In this document: positions 26,368-43,080 of the stretch, piece by piece | Position numbering within the stretch: the stretch's first letter is position 1 | Layout: every line of letters starts with the position of its first letter | Source of the DNA: the human T2T-CHM13v2.0 reference genome, Homo sapiens | Strand: one strand, 5' to 3' | NCBI RefSeq assembly: GCF_009914755.1 | Contig: NC_060947.1 | DNA length: 64,000 bases | Translations under genes and position numbers: made by a program | Notes under the pieces: generated by a model | The model's database searches: none | Told to the model about the DNA's origin: nothing | What the model saw: the letters and a program-made list of their open reading frames with translations, nothing else

Positions 26368-27429
26368 TGAGTGCAATTTAAAACACACAAACAGAACAGA
26401 TGACTTTTTTATTCAGAGGAGAGATTTGGTAAATCACAGAGCTGCTTCTCTCCTGTTTGTTCCCACTCTGGACTTAGAGATGAAAATTGTCGGGGCAGGG
26501 ATCTTAAGGGCTGTTTTCATGAGGTGTACTGGAAGAGTCTGTTCCAAGGAATGGCAGAAAAGATTCTCTGTTCTAGGGACGCGTTTGGAGCTCTCTAAAG
26601 TGAAAGCCACACATTTCCCCAAGCCTGCTAGGGTCTGTATAATAGCAGCATTCAAGACGGACATTCGCATACATCTTGGTCAGCCTCGTGCCAGAAGAGA
26701 AGACTCAACTCTTTGCAGAAAACAAAAACCACCTTTGAGTAGAAAAGGGCTGAGAAGGAAGCTGCTAAGGTTATTTTGGGGGGTGATCAGAAGATTCCTT
26801 GAGTGCAGGGGGGCAGGCAAGGGGTAGAAAGAAACTGTTGTCACAGATTCATAAAATTCTCAGCCACTGTAATCTCCAGACTGGACTTGATTTTGTGACA
26901 ATGTCTCCTTTTTGTGGGCTGTGGTGCAGTGACAGGTTTTCTTGCTGTTTTTCCACTCCATGCCGTTGCTGAAAGTGTCCGCCGCAGTGGCACTTGGAGT
27001 GGAAACTCCCTCTTTGAATGCAGTAGCATTGGATAATTGTGGATGTTCTCTGGCGTCTGGCGCCGCACCAGGACTTGATCACCAGTTGTTTCTTCAAGGC
27101 AAGGCGATGTGGAAGCTAAGCCCTGTCAATCAATGTTTCATCTTCTGTTCTATTTCAATCTGCTGGTCTGTCTTTGCACTTTAGATGGGTTTTACAGTGT
27201 CCTGGATGGGAAGCGGCTAACCTTCAGGAGGTGCACATTTTTGTTCCAAAGCAAAAGTCTGAGTCTCGGATCCCTTGTTGCTGGAGAGAGCTCGTGTGCC
27301 AACTGGTGTTGTCTTGTCATTGTGTGACTGTGGTCAATATTCCCTCCACTCTAAACCAAAGAGAGAAACAGGGTATCCAGTAGTTCCATAAAACTCTCAC
27401 TCTAAATGCAGCCCTGTCTGCATTCTCTT

Positions 27430-28430
<1,001 letters not shown>

Positions 28431-28455
28431 ACACCCATTAATCCTCATGTTTTCC

Positions 28456-28850
28456 CTGAGGTCCCCATGAAGAGCTATAAAGCCAGCGCATGTGGTTATC
28501 AATCAATGATCACTCTGCCATTTCTCTTAGTTGTCACTGAGATCCTCATGAAGAGATTAAAAAAACCAGCGCACATCGTTATCAATCATTGATCACTTTG
28601 CCAGTTCGCATAGTTGTCACTCACGTCCTGATGAAGAGATAAAAAGCCCATGCGCATGGCTATCAATCATTGATCACTCTGTCATTTCTTTCAGTTGTCA
28701 CTGAGATCCTCATGAAGGGGTAAAAAACCAGAGCCTGTGGTTATCAGTCACTGATTGCTTTGCCATTTCTCTTAGTTGTCACTGATGCCCTCATGAAGAA
28801 CTATAAAACCAGCACAGGTGGCGATCAATCACTGATCACTTTGCCATTCC
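28456..28850. repeat. 81-83-bp tandem array, 5 copies
   Basis: Units start at about 28456, 28537, 28620, 28701 and 28782; core 'catgaagag...ttatcaatcattgatcactttgccatttctcttagttgtcact'. Confidence 0.92.
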
Positions 28851-29809
28851 TGTGTGTTGTCCTCTGCACCTTGCTTTGGGCCAATTCACTTGCATCATCC
28901 TTTTCTCTAGACAGCCAGAGGGCCCTCCCTGGCAATGGAGATGAGACCTTCTTACAGGTTTTGGAACCCTCAAATAGCTCCTCATAAGCCTCAGGATAAT
29001 AGAAAAGGCTGCATATCACCTTTGTAATCCGGGCCCTCTGACCCCATCTCTTCCTGTGGGTCCTTGTTCTCCAGCTGCTGTTGCTACGCTGTGAGGAATG
29101 CAGGATGCAGCATGCAACCTATCATCTCCACCTCTGGCCTTGGCTGGTGGATTTTTTCTGCCTCTTCCTTCTTTGCCTTATTATTTTTGGTTCAGTTTCT
29201 TATTGGAGGCAGGAGACAGTAGCTATTTTGAGGGCTTTTGTTGGTGTTGGAGTCAGAGGTGACCTCGGACATTTAATTACTCGTTGAAGCCCCGGTTTAC
29301 TTGTTTTTGAAGCACATGTCTGTGTTGGAAAGGGAATTAATGAGAGCGCAGAGGTATGCCCTATCTACACACTCCTGGAGGGATGGGAGCCATATTCATT
29401 CTTGTTTGTTGCTCCACTGATTTCTTGATGGATAAGTTCTTCCTGGCCATTTATCCCTGAGCTTGGATGGTGCCCTTTCAAAAACTGCTGCCAGCCATAG
29501 GACTTGCCTTGCAGTATCGAAACACCCATTTCTTAGGGCTAATGTTTCTCATGGAGCTGTGGGTGTCTGAGGACAGAGCTTGTACCTTGTCAGCTGCTGG
29601 GCCCAGCACCTAGCAGATTCTCGTGCCTGGGAATTGCCTGGGACGTGAACCCACAGTGAACGTGTAATGCACTGAGAGCACGTCATTAGGCCCACACAGA
29701 CATCTTCTGCCCCTTCACCTTCTTTGTCTTCTGCCTCCAGCTTCAATCCTTCACTCTTTCTCTAAGCAGATGCCCTTATGTGTGCAGCTTATGGCATAGC
29801 ACTGTGGAC

Positions 29810-30815
29810 TGGGATAAGCAGTGTCCCCCATAAAACTCATGTCCCCCCAGAAGCTGTGAATGGGACCTGTGAACCCAAAAGTATCTGAGACAGGTCTCAA
29901 TCCATTTAGAAAGTTTATTTTGCCAAGGTTAAGGACATGCCCGTGACACAGCTTCAGGAGGTCCCGACAACATGGGCCAAAGGTGGTCGGGGTACAGCTT
30001 GCTTTTACACATTTCAGAGACATGAGACATCAGTCAATACATGTAAGATACACATTGCTTTGATCTGAAAGGGTGGGACTACTTGAAGCAAGGGGGTTGC
30101 GGGGGGTGGTGCCAGGTCATAGGTAGATTTTTAAATGTTCTGATTAGTCGAAAGAGTTATTATCAATAGAAGAGAATGTCTGGGTTATGATAAGAGGTTG
30201 TAGAGACCAAGGTTTTATCACGCAGATGAAACTTCCAGGTAGCAGGCTTCAGAGAGAATAGATTGTAAAGGTTTCTCATCAGACTTGAGGTCTGTGTGGA
30301 TGTTTATGGTGGTCAGCTTTTCCTGAATTCCAAAATGGAGGAGGTTATGATGAGGCATGTCTGACCCTCTCCTCATTATGGCCTGAACTCGTTTTTCAGG
30401 TTAACTTTGGAATGCCCTTGGCCAATTAGGTAGTTGCGAGGCCTAGAATTTTAGTTTAGGTTTACAGACCTTATTGGGAAATAGGGCCTTTGCAGATGTA
30501 ATTAGTTAAGCATCTCAAGATAAGATTATCCTGGAATATTTGGGTGGGCCCTAAATCCAATGGCAGGTGTCCTTCTAAGAGATAGAAGAAGAGACACAGA
30601 CACAGAGGAGGCCATGTGGAGTTGGAGGCAGAGATTGGAGTAATGTGGCCACAAGCCCAGGGACATCTGGAGACACCAGGAGCTGGAAGAGGCAGGAAGG
30701 ACCCTTCTCTAGAGTTTGGTTTTGGAATCCTGGCCTTCAGAACTGCAAGAGAGTAAATGTGTGTTGTTTAAGTCTCCCAGCGTGTGGTACTTTCTCACAG
30801 CAGCCCCAGGAAGCT
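29810..30815 (+). mobile_element. MLT1 LTR split by an ERV1 solo LTR
   Basis: 'cccagaagctgtgaatgggacc' continues as 'ttattgggaaatagggcctttgcagatgtaattagttaag' after the insert. Confidence 0.8.
29868..30466 (-). mobile_element. MER4-family (ERV1) solo LTR
   Basis: TG...CA termini, 4-bp TSD GACC (29864-29867 / 30467-30470), 'agtttattttgccaaggttaaggac...gtgacacagcttcaggaggtcc' MER4 signature. Confidence 0.85.
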
Positions 30816-31385
30816 CATTCATGGGTTTGCTAGGGAAAGGAGTCAGCGATGAGCCCACCAGTAAGCAAAATGAGCACAGCAGGTAAGATGGCACAAGAGA
30901 TGAAGGGTCCTGTGTCATAGGAGGTGAGGGACTGTGATGAGAAGGGTCGTCTTGGGGAGCAGGGTTTGCAGGAAGATCTCTGAGGGATGGGTGGTTTTTT
31001 CCATGGCCACCATGTGCTGGGAGGAGAGCAAGTTCCAGGTGAGTTAAGGGAGTGGTAGTAGCCCCATGGTAGTAGCACACATCATAGGATGTGCTTGAAG
31101 ACCCAGAGGGGTTGAGCTGGACGTGGGGACTGAGTGTGGGGGATGAGATGACCAGCAGTCTGGACCCAGCTTACATTTGCAGACAATGAGAAAACCATTG
31201 GCGTTGGGTTGGCTTTCAGGGCAGCTGATGGCTTTCACTGTGTGTTGGGGGAGAAAATGTGGTTTTTAAGGACCGAGGAGACAGATAACAGGGACCAGAA
31301 TCTACAGGGTGGAGCAGAGAATGCAAAGGAGGGAAGCTGTGGCTCAGGGTGGTTGATGCAGAGACCCATTTTAAATGTTTTCTAG

Positions 31386-31975
31386 TCTGGTGCGGTGGCT
31401 GGCTCACACCTGTAATCCTAGCACTTTGGGAGGCCAGGACGGGAGGATTGCTTGAGGCCAGGAGTTTGAGACCAGCCTGGGTGACAGAGCAAGAGACCCC
31501 ATCTCTACAGAAAAGTTAAAAATAAATTAGCCAGGTGTGGTGAGCATCTGTAGTCCCAGCTACTCAGGAGGCCAAGGCAGGAGGATAGCTTGAGCCCAGG
31601 AGTTCCGGGCTTCAGTGAGCTGTGATGCTGCTGCTGCACTCCAGCCCTGGTGGCAGACAGAGCAAGACCCTGTCAAAAAAAAAAAAAAAAAAGCCAGGCA
31701 CAGAAGGACACCTGTAGTCCCAGCACTTTGGGAGGCTGAGGCGGGTAGATCGCCTGAGCCCAGGAGTTCGAGACCAGCTTGGGCAACATAACCTGTCTCT
31801 ACCAAAAATATAAAAAATAGCTGGATGTAGTGGTGTGCACTTGCGGTCCCAGCTACTCAGGAGGCTGAGGTGGGAGGATTGCTTGCTCTCAGGAAGTCGA
31901 GGCTGCAGTGAGCTGAAATCATATCACTGCGCTCCAGCCTGAGCAACAGACGGAGACCTTCTCTCAAAAACCACC
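31386..31975 (+). mobile_element. Two tandem AluJ elements
   Basis: Two consecutive dimeric Alus. Confidence 0.88.
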
Positions 31976-32835
31976 ACCACCACAACGTAATGAACAACCC
32001 CAACATTTTCTGTTGTGCCTCTCGGTTAAGATCTCAGGTTAGTTATGCAAGAGTAGAATGTGGGATTGGAGGCAAGTGGACTTCTCCTTACCCCAGAATT
32101 CATGTCATAAATGCTCTGCACAGACGAGGCTTCTGGGACTCTTGGGGAGACCTAGGAGGTGGGTAATAGGGATCTGAATCTACACGGTGGAGCTCATGAC
32201 CCAGGTCAGATGATGCCAAGTTTCATTTTATACATTCTCTGTTCTTCTTCTCTGCTCCTTAAGAGCGCAGGTCAGTAAGTGGGGTTGGAAACAGTGGACT
32301 CTTCCTTACTGGGGTATAGGAGTTGGCACGCTAAATATTCTGCAAAGCTTGCTCTTGCAGGACCAAGCATCTAAATAGTAAGGTCTAACCTCAGTCATCT
32401 GTTTCTGGAGGAAAATCCCAAAGCATGGCCTTTGGAGTGTGATTTAGCCCTCATTCTCAGATTCAGTGGTGAAGTTCAGAGGGGAGCCAATCCCTCTGAG
32501 CATCTCGAAGGTGGACAGAACAGTCAGCTCAGGAGGAAATCTCAAAACAACGCCCCTCCTCGGGAGTTCTCTTACCTTTGTCATTGTAGTTCCTAAAGGA
32601 TGCACTCCTTTTCCTTTCTATTCTTTAATTCACAGGGTCCTTAAACATGGTTCCTCAGATTTCAATAATCTATACATTGGAGATCACAAAGAAATCTTAA
32701 TACTGCCAATGAAAGGCTAAAAATTGTAAATGGCACTTTATTTTCAGTTTGACATTACTTTGCTGATGATTCTTTTCATAATATATATGATTTGATTTAC
32801 CTTATTTTTTACTTTGCCATCTGCTTTGCAATTAA

Positions 32836-33030
32836 ATACACACACACACACACACACACATACACACACACACACGTTTTCTTTTTAAAGACAGGGCTCT
32901 GCTCTGTAACCCAAGCTGGAGTGCAGTGGCACAATTATATCTCACTGCAGCCTCCAACTTCTGGGTCAAACAATCCTGCCGTCTCAGCTTCCCAAGTAGC
33001 TGGGACTACAGGCATGTGCCAAAAAAAAAA
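32836..33030 (-). repeat. (CA)n followed by an antisense Alu right-arm fragment
   Basis: Visible AC run, then agacagggctctgctctgtaacccaagctggagtgcagtgg. Confidence 0.85.
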
Positions 33031-34479
33031 AAAAATTAAATTAAATGAATGCAAGTCCATTCTCAGTATGAAACACATACTGAAATAACTGCCTGAGAAA
33101 TGGTACGTGGTAGATAAATGTGCAGCAGATGTGCTAATTGGCCTGGGTATAGAAATTTAGCTATTTGGTCTGGGTATACAATTTTAGGTTGAGGACCATT
33201 GCACTCAGAGTTTAGATATGGTGGTTTGTTTTAGTGTCCACTATTCATGATAAGAAGTCTCAGTCTCATCCTTAATAGGATTGACCTGTATTTTTATTTT
33301 ACTTTCATTTTCTTGGCATTTTCACAATGTTCTCCTTAGCCTTGGTGTTTTTAAATTCCAGGAACATATTGTCAGGAAAAGGACTGCTGATTTTCTTTCT
33401 TTCTTTCTCTCTCTCCCCTCCTCTCCTCTCCCCTCCCCTCCCCTCCCCTCCCTTCCTCCTTCCCTCCCTTCCTCTCTCTCTTTCTTTCTTTTTTCTTTTT
33501 CTTTCTCTTTTGTTGCATACTCTCTGGGCTTTTTAAATCTAAAGACTGACTTTCTGCTGTTGAGAACATTTCCTGTTTAATTTCTTTGAAAACTTTTCTT
33601 CTCTCTATTTTTTTTTTCTATTCTCTTATTCTGAAACTCATGTTGGTGAACCTTCTGAATCACTCCTGTAGGCTTCTAGCTTTCTGAAATTTTCCATTTG
33701 TCCCTTTATTCTACTTTCTGAGAGATTTCCTCAATGATGTTTTCCAAACCTTCTGTTATTTCGTTTTCATTTCAGCAAATCATATTTTTAACTTCTAATA
33801 ACTATTTCTTATCCTTGGAGTGATCTTTTCTATAGCATTTGATTCTTGGTTTATAGATGTATCCCTCTCCCCCTGATCTTTTGAAAGAATACTAATTGGT
33901 GCAGTCAGAATTTTTATGTCTGCCTGTCTGTTCCTTGAACTTCTATTCCATGAAATGTCTGGTATTTCTGGGGTTCTTCCCATTCCACCCCATAACTTTT
34001 CAGTTTTCTCTTTTGTGGTGAAGGTGTTTTTCAAATATCTGGTAATGGTTTATATCTATATGTATAAAAATGAGGAATGTCGGTTGAGCTGTACCCACTT
34101 GCCGACTCGTCTGAATTTGTCAAGCTTATGCTATAGGTTGGGAATTCCACTTCTGTGTGATGGTAATTATTTTTTTCTTGGGCTTTTTGTTTCCTTTAGA
34201 GTAGATCCTATCATCTGATTTTGCCCCTGGTGATGGGTATATTTGGCCTCTGAGAATTCTGCAGAATTTCAGTGACTTCTCCAGTTTCTCTTATTGGCTG
34301 ATGGTTTTCTCCTGCCTCTTTGTTGGCTTGGGGTTCACACTTGCCTTCCTTAGCACACTTTTTAGTTTGTTCTCCTTTTATCTCAGAAAGAAGGAAAGAG
34401 AAACTAGGAGCTCCACATCCACCATCTTTGCTTGGAAGATTCCTGGTTTACACTTTTAATTACGTGATTGAATTGATGA

Positions 34480-35060
34480 AAATGGATGGACCTTGAAAAC
34501 ATCATGCTGATGGAAAGAAGTCAGACACAAAAGGCCATATGATGCTTAATTCCATTTACATGAAATATGCAGAACAGGCAAATCCACAGAGATAAAAAGT
34601 GATTGGTGGTTGTCACAAGCTAGGGAAGGGAGAAAGGGGAGATACTCCTTAATGAGTGCAGGGTCTCTTTTTGGGGTGATGAAATGTCCCAGGATTAGAT
34701 AGAGGTGGTGGATGTACAACACTGTGATGAATTGTGTTCTTTACAATGGCGAATTTTATGTCATGTGAAATTTACTGTGATAAATAAAAAGGAAATATGA
34801 AATTATTCCATTTTCAAAAGGCTACATAGTGTTTGATTCCATTTATAGGAAATATCCAAAATAGGAATGTAGAGACAGAAAGCGGACTCATGGTTGCCAG
34901 AATGGGGAGTGACTGCGTAATGGGTACAGGGCCTCCTTTTGGAGTGGTGAGAATGTCCTCGGATTGCCTGGAGTTAGTGGTTGCACAACATTGCGCATGG
35001 ACTAAATGCGAGTCACTTGTGCACTTTAAAATGGTTTGTTTTATGTTATGTTAATTTCCC
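34480..35060 (+). mobile_element. Two old L1M 3'-end fragments
   Basis: 'atggaccttgaaaacatcatgct...gaagtcagacacaaaaggcc...attccattta', 'gagacagaaag..gactcatggttgccag'. Confidence 0.7.
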
Positions 35061-35559
35061 GTTAATTTTTTGAGAGTTTGCATGGAAAGGTGAAGCTCTA
35101 AGCAGGTCGTATGTTTAGGTGTGGGGATACCCATTATGCTGCTTAGAAATATGTTCACACTTAGGGCTCAGCACTGGGGGTTCTACTTGGTAATTCTTTC
35201 TGCTTCCACACTCTTTCAAGATATGGGTCAGAGAAACCCTGGTGAGGACGGGGTAGGGGATTGGATCTCTGGCTCTGTTTTGGGCATTGTGTGATTTTCG
35301 AGGTCTGTGGGTGAAGCTCACACAGTACCTTTACCTTGGCCAGCTCTGGGCTTTGCAGATGCCAGTCCCGAATGCCTGCTTCCTCTCCCAACTCTGTCCT
35401 CTGCTTAGAGACAAAAGAAGCCTTACAGACAGCTGAATGGGTCCATGACAGCTACGCCTGTTCTTGGGAAGTAATTTTGATCAGAGCTCAGGCCTTTGGA
35501 AATGTCTAAAGAAGTAGTAATCACCATTATTATCATTTTAAAGCTAGTAACTAAGAAAA

Positions 35560-36428
35560 CTATAGATAGATTATAGATAATGGTAGAGATAATTTATAAT
35601 CTATAGACTGTAGGTAGATAGGTAGATGATTGAAAGATTGATAGATATAAATAAGTAGATACATAGAGGACATATATATGATAGGTAGATGGTAGGTATA
35701 GATAGATGGATGGCTAATAGAAAGATGATAGGTAGAGAGATGATGGAGATAGATGGATGATAGATGATAGATATATAGATGATAGATAAATAGATATAGA
35801 TGATATATGATAAATAGATGATAGAGATACATGGATTAGATAGCTAGATAGATAATAGAGATACATGATAGTAAGATAGATAATAAATAATAGATGTGAA
35901 GAGGATTGGTAGATGATAGGTGGATAGATGGATGGATAGATGATAGGTAGATGGATAGATAGATGATGGATGGATGGATAGATAGATATATGATAGATAG
36001 ATGAATAGATGATATAGATAGATAGATAGAAGGATGGATAGATAGATGATAAAGATAGATCGATTATAGTAAGATAGATAATAGATGTACAGAGAATTGG
36101 TAGATGATGGATGGATGGATGAATAGATGGATAGATAGATGATAGATGGATGGATGTATAGATGATAGATAGGGATAGATAGACAATGGATGGATGGATA
36201 TATGACAGATAGATGGATAGATGGATGGATGGATAGATAGAGATAGATGATAGTAAGATAGATAATAAATAATAGATGTGCAGAGAATTGGTAGATCATA
36301 GGTAGATGGATGGATGAATGGATGGATAGATAGATGATAGATAGGTAGATGGATAATATAGATATTATCCAATGATAGATAGATGATGGATGGATGGATA
36401 GATAGATGATAGATAAATAGATGAATGG

Positions 36429-36459
<31 letters not shown>

Positions 36460-36480
36460 ATGGGTAGATGGATAGATATG
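35560..36480. repeat. Complex (GATA/GGAT)n tract
   Basis: About 920 bp; internal higher-order duplication 'gatagtaagatagataataaataatagatgtg'. Confidence 0.95.
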
Positions 36481-37194
36481 GACTGATGAAAGGTATCTTT
36501 TGTTCTACAGAATTAAGTTGTAAAGTTTGCTGTCTGTAATTCTCACTCCCAATGGAGATGTCAGGAATTCTCGTTCTTTCTTGGTTCAAGGGTGGGGAGG
36601 AGGAGTCTACAGGAGCAGCTGTAACAGGCACATTTTGGAATTTACCCCATTGGAATGTAAAGGTCAAGGAGGCAGCCCTGTACCACACGTCTGGGACGCT
36701 TGTGTTTGTTATATTTAGTGCGAATTGTGGGTTGGCTTTGCTTGGAGTGCTGCTTCCGGGAAAGGCGCTGTGGTCGCCTACATGCTGAGCATTTTAATTT
36801 CCATAGACAGTACACTGGGCTGCACACTGCATGGGACTTCTCGGCATTGCTGGCTGCCCTCCTGACTGTTGTCTTTCTCCTGGCAACAGGGGCTTGGGTG
36901 CCCAAGAATCAAGTGGTTTAAAAGTCATTACCAAAGTTCACATCAGTCTTGTGCACAGAGAATTAAAACTGCTGTAAATTATATCTGCTGTGAGAGCTCC
37001 TTCCTCTCATACTGAGGCATTAGGAAACTGAATCCATTCTACCTAATGAAACAATGTACTTTTCCTTATGTTGTCTCTACCGCCTCATACATCCCTGAGT
37101 TGAACTTGAAGTCTTTGTAAGAAATGGTCTGTCCAGAATTTAAATAACATGTTTGGCTGCTTCTTTATGGAGCACGATTCTTTTCTTTCCTTTC

Positions 37195-37500
37195 TTTCTT
37201 TTTTCTTTTTTCTTTTTTTCAGAGACAGGGACTCACTCTGTTGCCCAGGCTGGAGTTCAGTGGTGTGATCATGGCTCTTTGCAGCCTTGACCTCCTGTGC
37301 TCAAGCGATCCGCCTGCCTCAGCCTCTCAAGTAGCTAGGACTACGGGCATGCACCACCTCGCCTGGCTAATTTTTTTTTTTTCCAGTACAGATGAGGTCT
37401 TGCTGTGTTTCCCAGGCTGGTTTCAAACTCCTGGGCTCAAATGATCCCCCTTCTTCGACCCTAGCGCTGGGATTACAGGCATGAGCCACTGCACCTAGCC
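37195..37500 (-). mobile_element. AluJ
   Basis: Antisense dimeric Alu. Confidence 0.9.
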
Positions 37501-37823
37501 CAAAGCACAGTTCTTTTGAGTGAGTTGGGTTACATCTTTGCTGTAACTCAGGTCATCAAGCCATCACTTCCACTTTTTGCCTTTTGTTTTCACCTAAGAT
37601 CTAAACACTTTGGGTGAGTTTTCAAGAGTCAAACACAACATAAAATAAGGGATAGTAGCTATGAGTTTCCATGGCATTGCAGCATCAGGAAATGGGCATA
37701 GCAGTTGGGTTGACTTTGTCCCTTGTTTAAGGTTCCTTCATACTCCTCCTGTGTTTTGTTTTGTTTAGAATGAAAGGAAGCATGTATGCGAATTAGAATA
37801 CTGAATATTCACTGCAAGTCGTG

Positions 37824-38121
37824 ATTTTTTTTTTTTTTTTGAGACAGGGTCTCACTCTGTCATCCAGGCTGGAGTACAGTGGTGCAATCACGGCTCACTG
37901 CAGCCTCAAACTCCCAGGCTCAAGTATCCTCCCACCTCAGCCGCTCCGAGTAGCTGTAACTGCAGGCCTGCCACCACGCCCAGCTAATTTTTGTATTTTT
38001 CGTAGAGACAGAGTTTTACCATGGTGCCCAGGCTGGTCTCGAACTCCTGAGGTCAAGCAATTCACCCACCTCAGCCTCCCAAAGTGCTGGAATGACAGGT
38101 GTGAACCATCACGTCTGGCCC
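37824..38121 (-). mobile_element. AluJ hosting the GYG2 alternative exon
   Basis: Antisense Alu; its left arm supplies both splice sites. Confidence 0.92.
38006..38098 (+). CDS. GYG2: GYG2 Alu-derived cassette exon, (E)[30 protein letters not shown](V)
   Basis: TAG 38003-38005, donor CAG|GTGTGA, 93 nt, phase 1-1; matches the N-terminus of the long glycogenin-2 isoform as recalled, and makes the acceptor Tyr residue 228. Confidence 0.85.
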
Positions 38122-38220
38122 AAGCCATGAATCTTGGGAGAGGAGAGGAGGTGACTATGGCCCCGTCACCCCTGCTGTCCCTCAGGAGTGTAACTCTGGT
38201 GTTTCTGTTGATTTTCACAG

Positions 38221-38362
38221 TGACTGATCAGGCTTTTGTCACACTAGCCACCAATGACATCTACTGCCAGGGCGCCCTGGTCCTGGGGCAGTCACTGAGG
38301 AGACACAGGCTGACGAGGAAGCTGGTGGTGTTGATCACTCCTCAGGTGTCCAGCCTGCTCAG
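38221..38362 (+). CDS. GYG2: GYG2 exon, (V)[46 protein letters not shown](R)
   Basis: CAG 38218-38220, donor AG|GTAAGG; glycogenin/GT8 N-terminal AFVTLATND motif. Confidence 0.97.
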
Positions 38363-38634
38363 GTAAGGCTCAGAGATGCGGCTTGTGCCCAGCTGGGTCC
38401 TATAGAAGGAGGGTCACCTCTCCCCTAAGAGGTCCTAGGAGTTATTCTGACGACTGACTGCCCTTCTTCATAGGCCTGGATGGCCGGCAGTCATGATGGG
38501 CATCTGACGTTTGTAAGGAACCTTCGAATCATGTGAAAATATAGGCGTGTGATCGGCTTCACAATACTTTAAAAAACAATACTGGGTTTGGTTACAGTTC
38601 ATTCTCCCAACCATGGAAACTGAAAATTCAATTC

Positions 38635-38949
38635 TTTTTTGTTTGTTTGTTTTTTGAGACAGGGTCTCGCTCTGTCGCCCAGGCTGGAGTGCAGTGGTAC
38701 CATCTTGGCTCACCGCAACCTCTCCCTCCCAGGCTCAAGCGATCTTCCCTCCTCAGCCTTCTAAGTAGCTGGGACCACAAGTATGTGCCCCCATGCTCGG
38801 CTATTTTTATTTTTATGTTTTGTATTTTTGGTAGAGACAGGGTTTCGCCACGTTGCCTAGGCTGATCTTGAACTCCTGGACTCGCTCAGTCCACCCAGGT
38901 TGGCCTCCCAAAGTGCTGGGATTACAGGCATGAACCATGGCACCCAGCC
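38635..38949 (-). mobile_element. AluJ
   Basis: Antisense dimeric Alu. Confidence 0.9.
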
Positions 38950-39454
38950 AAGGAGTCTTTTCTTATAATTTCCTTTTATAATTCTCTTTGTCTTTAATTC
39001 TCAAATAAAGCAAATACATAAATAAATGCGTCTAATGAATAAAGCATAAGGCTTCTCTTAAATGTCATACATTATGTAAGCAATAATCTTTTTCTTTCAT
39101 CAACCATGGACCACTTAAAAAAATTGATTTTATACGAATGGGACAAGGAGGCATTTAATATGGTAGATGTAGCAGGAATTGAATGTCATATTCTTTGACA
39201 ATGAAATAATAAATCCAGACATTAATAGCTAAACTAAAAAGAGAACAAATAAAAAACCAACCAGTGTGTCCTCAGACGTTTGAAACTGGAAGTTTTAAAT
39301 GAAATAACTCAATCCGGGTACAAATGAAAGCTTGAATTATGTACTATTTCAGAAAATCACTGCAATGTGAGTGCTACCTATACAAAGCAAAGACAGCAAC
39401 TACAGTGGTACAAGACAGAAAATTTAAATCAGTGAAGAAATTATCCAGTTCAAA

Positions 39455-40900
<1,446 letters not shown>

Positions 40901-41024
40901 CCAAATATTTTTAAAATAATAATATTAAAAAAGCAAACAGCAGTAAAAAATTCATAAAGATAAAATGACAAAACTAATAATTGGGAACAAGAAACAAATT
41001 CAAGGATTAGGTTAACAAATCTTC

Positions 41025-41303
<279 letters not shown>

Positions 41304-41853
41304 TTATTCGAGAAAACATAAATGTACAAAATTGAAATTAGAAGTCATTTGGAGGCAGTTTTAAAAGCGAATAGTATATAGAACCCTTTACAGTAGTGAC
41401 ACTGGGAGTATTGAAGAAGTGCTTGATCCTTCTAGGGAAATCGGTGAGATGTTGGTTGTTGTCATCAGAAGAAATAGAAACCTTTTGTTTGACAATAACT
41501 ATGAGAAAAACTGAAAATGTTACCAAAGGCTTATCTTGTAGAAAGGCCCTGGTTTGGGCAATTTTAAGGGAAGTTCTGTTAAATTGCTCATGATGAATTA
41601 ATTTCCCTGCTGCATAAACTGTCACAGAGCCTAGCAAAAGATGAATATGTTCACTTATTTTAAGAAACTGTTATAATCTTGACACCCAAACTTGATTTAC
41701 AGGTTTGATTGTGTTTACATTTGGATTGAGAAAGCCCTCAAATACAGGATGTTAATAAGGCAACTCTAGCCCTGTAGTAAAGAAATAAATAGTGCTTACC
41801 CTAAGAAAGCAAAGATAGGTTATTATTTTAAAACCTATTAATGTCATTCATCA

Positions 41854-42275
<422 letters not shown>

Positions 42276-42779
42276 TCCACATAGATTATAAATATAGAGG
42301 TAAACATTTAAAACATAGAGAAATCTTAGAAGAAAGTAGATGAAAGTTTCTCAGCACTGCTGCTATCTGGGACTGGAGGGTTCCATGTGGTGGGGTGTCC
42401 TGTGTACTGCAGGGTGTTGAGCAGCGTCCCTGGGCTCCGCCCACCAGATGCCGGCAGGAGTTGGCAGTTGTGACAACTAAAAATATCTCCACATGTTGAT
42501 GAAGGTGGATGTTTTGTTCATCTGAAAGCTGGAAATGCTGGTGTAAATTAAACAAGATGGAAGAGGACACCAGAACTGCTGTGTGTCAGAGATATTATGT
42601 GTTAAAGATAAAACAAACTGAGGGCCACATTTAAAATATTATAATGGAGAGGTTCTTATTGTCCATCACGTACAAAGAACTCTGAAAACACTTTAGGGGT
42701 TTGCACGGGCTCGTCTCTAGCACGCCAGAAGCAAAGATAGACAGACAAATACAAAAATAGGTATTAAACACGAGCAACT

Positions 42780-43080
<301 letters not shown>

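Noticed and set aside
28456-28850. Possible CRISPR-like array
   Set aside because: Whole units are homologous with no unique spacers, there are no cas genes, and the context is a human intron.
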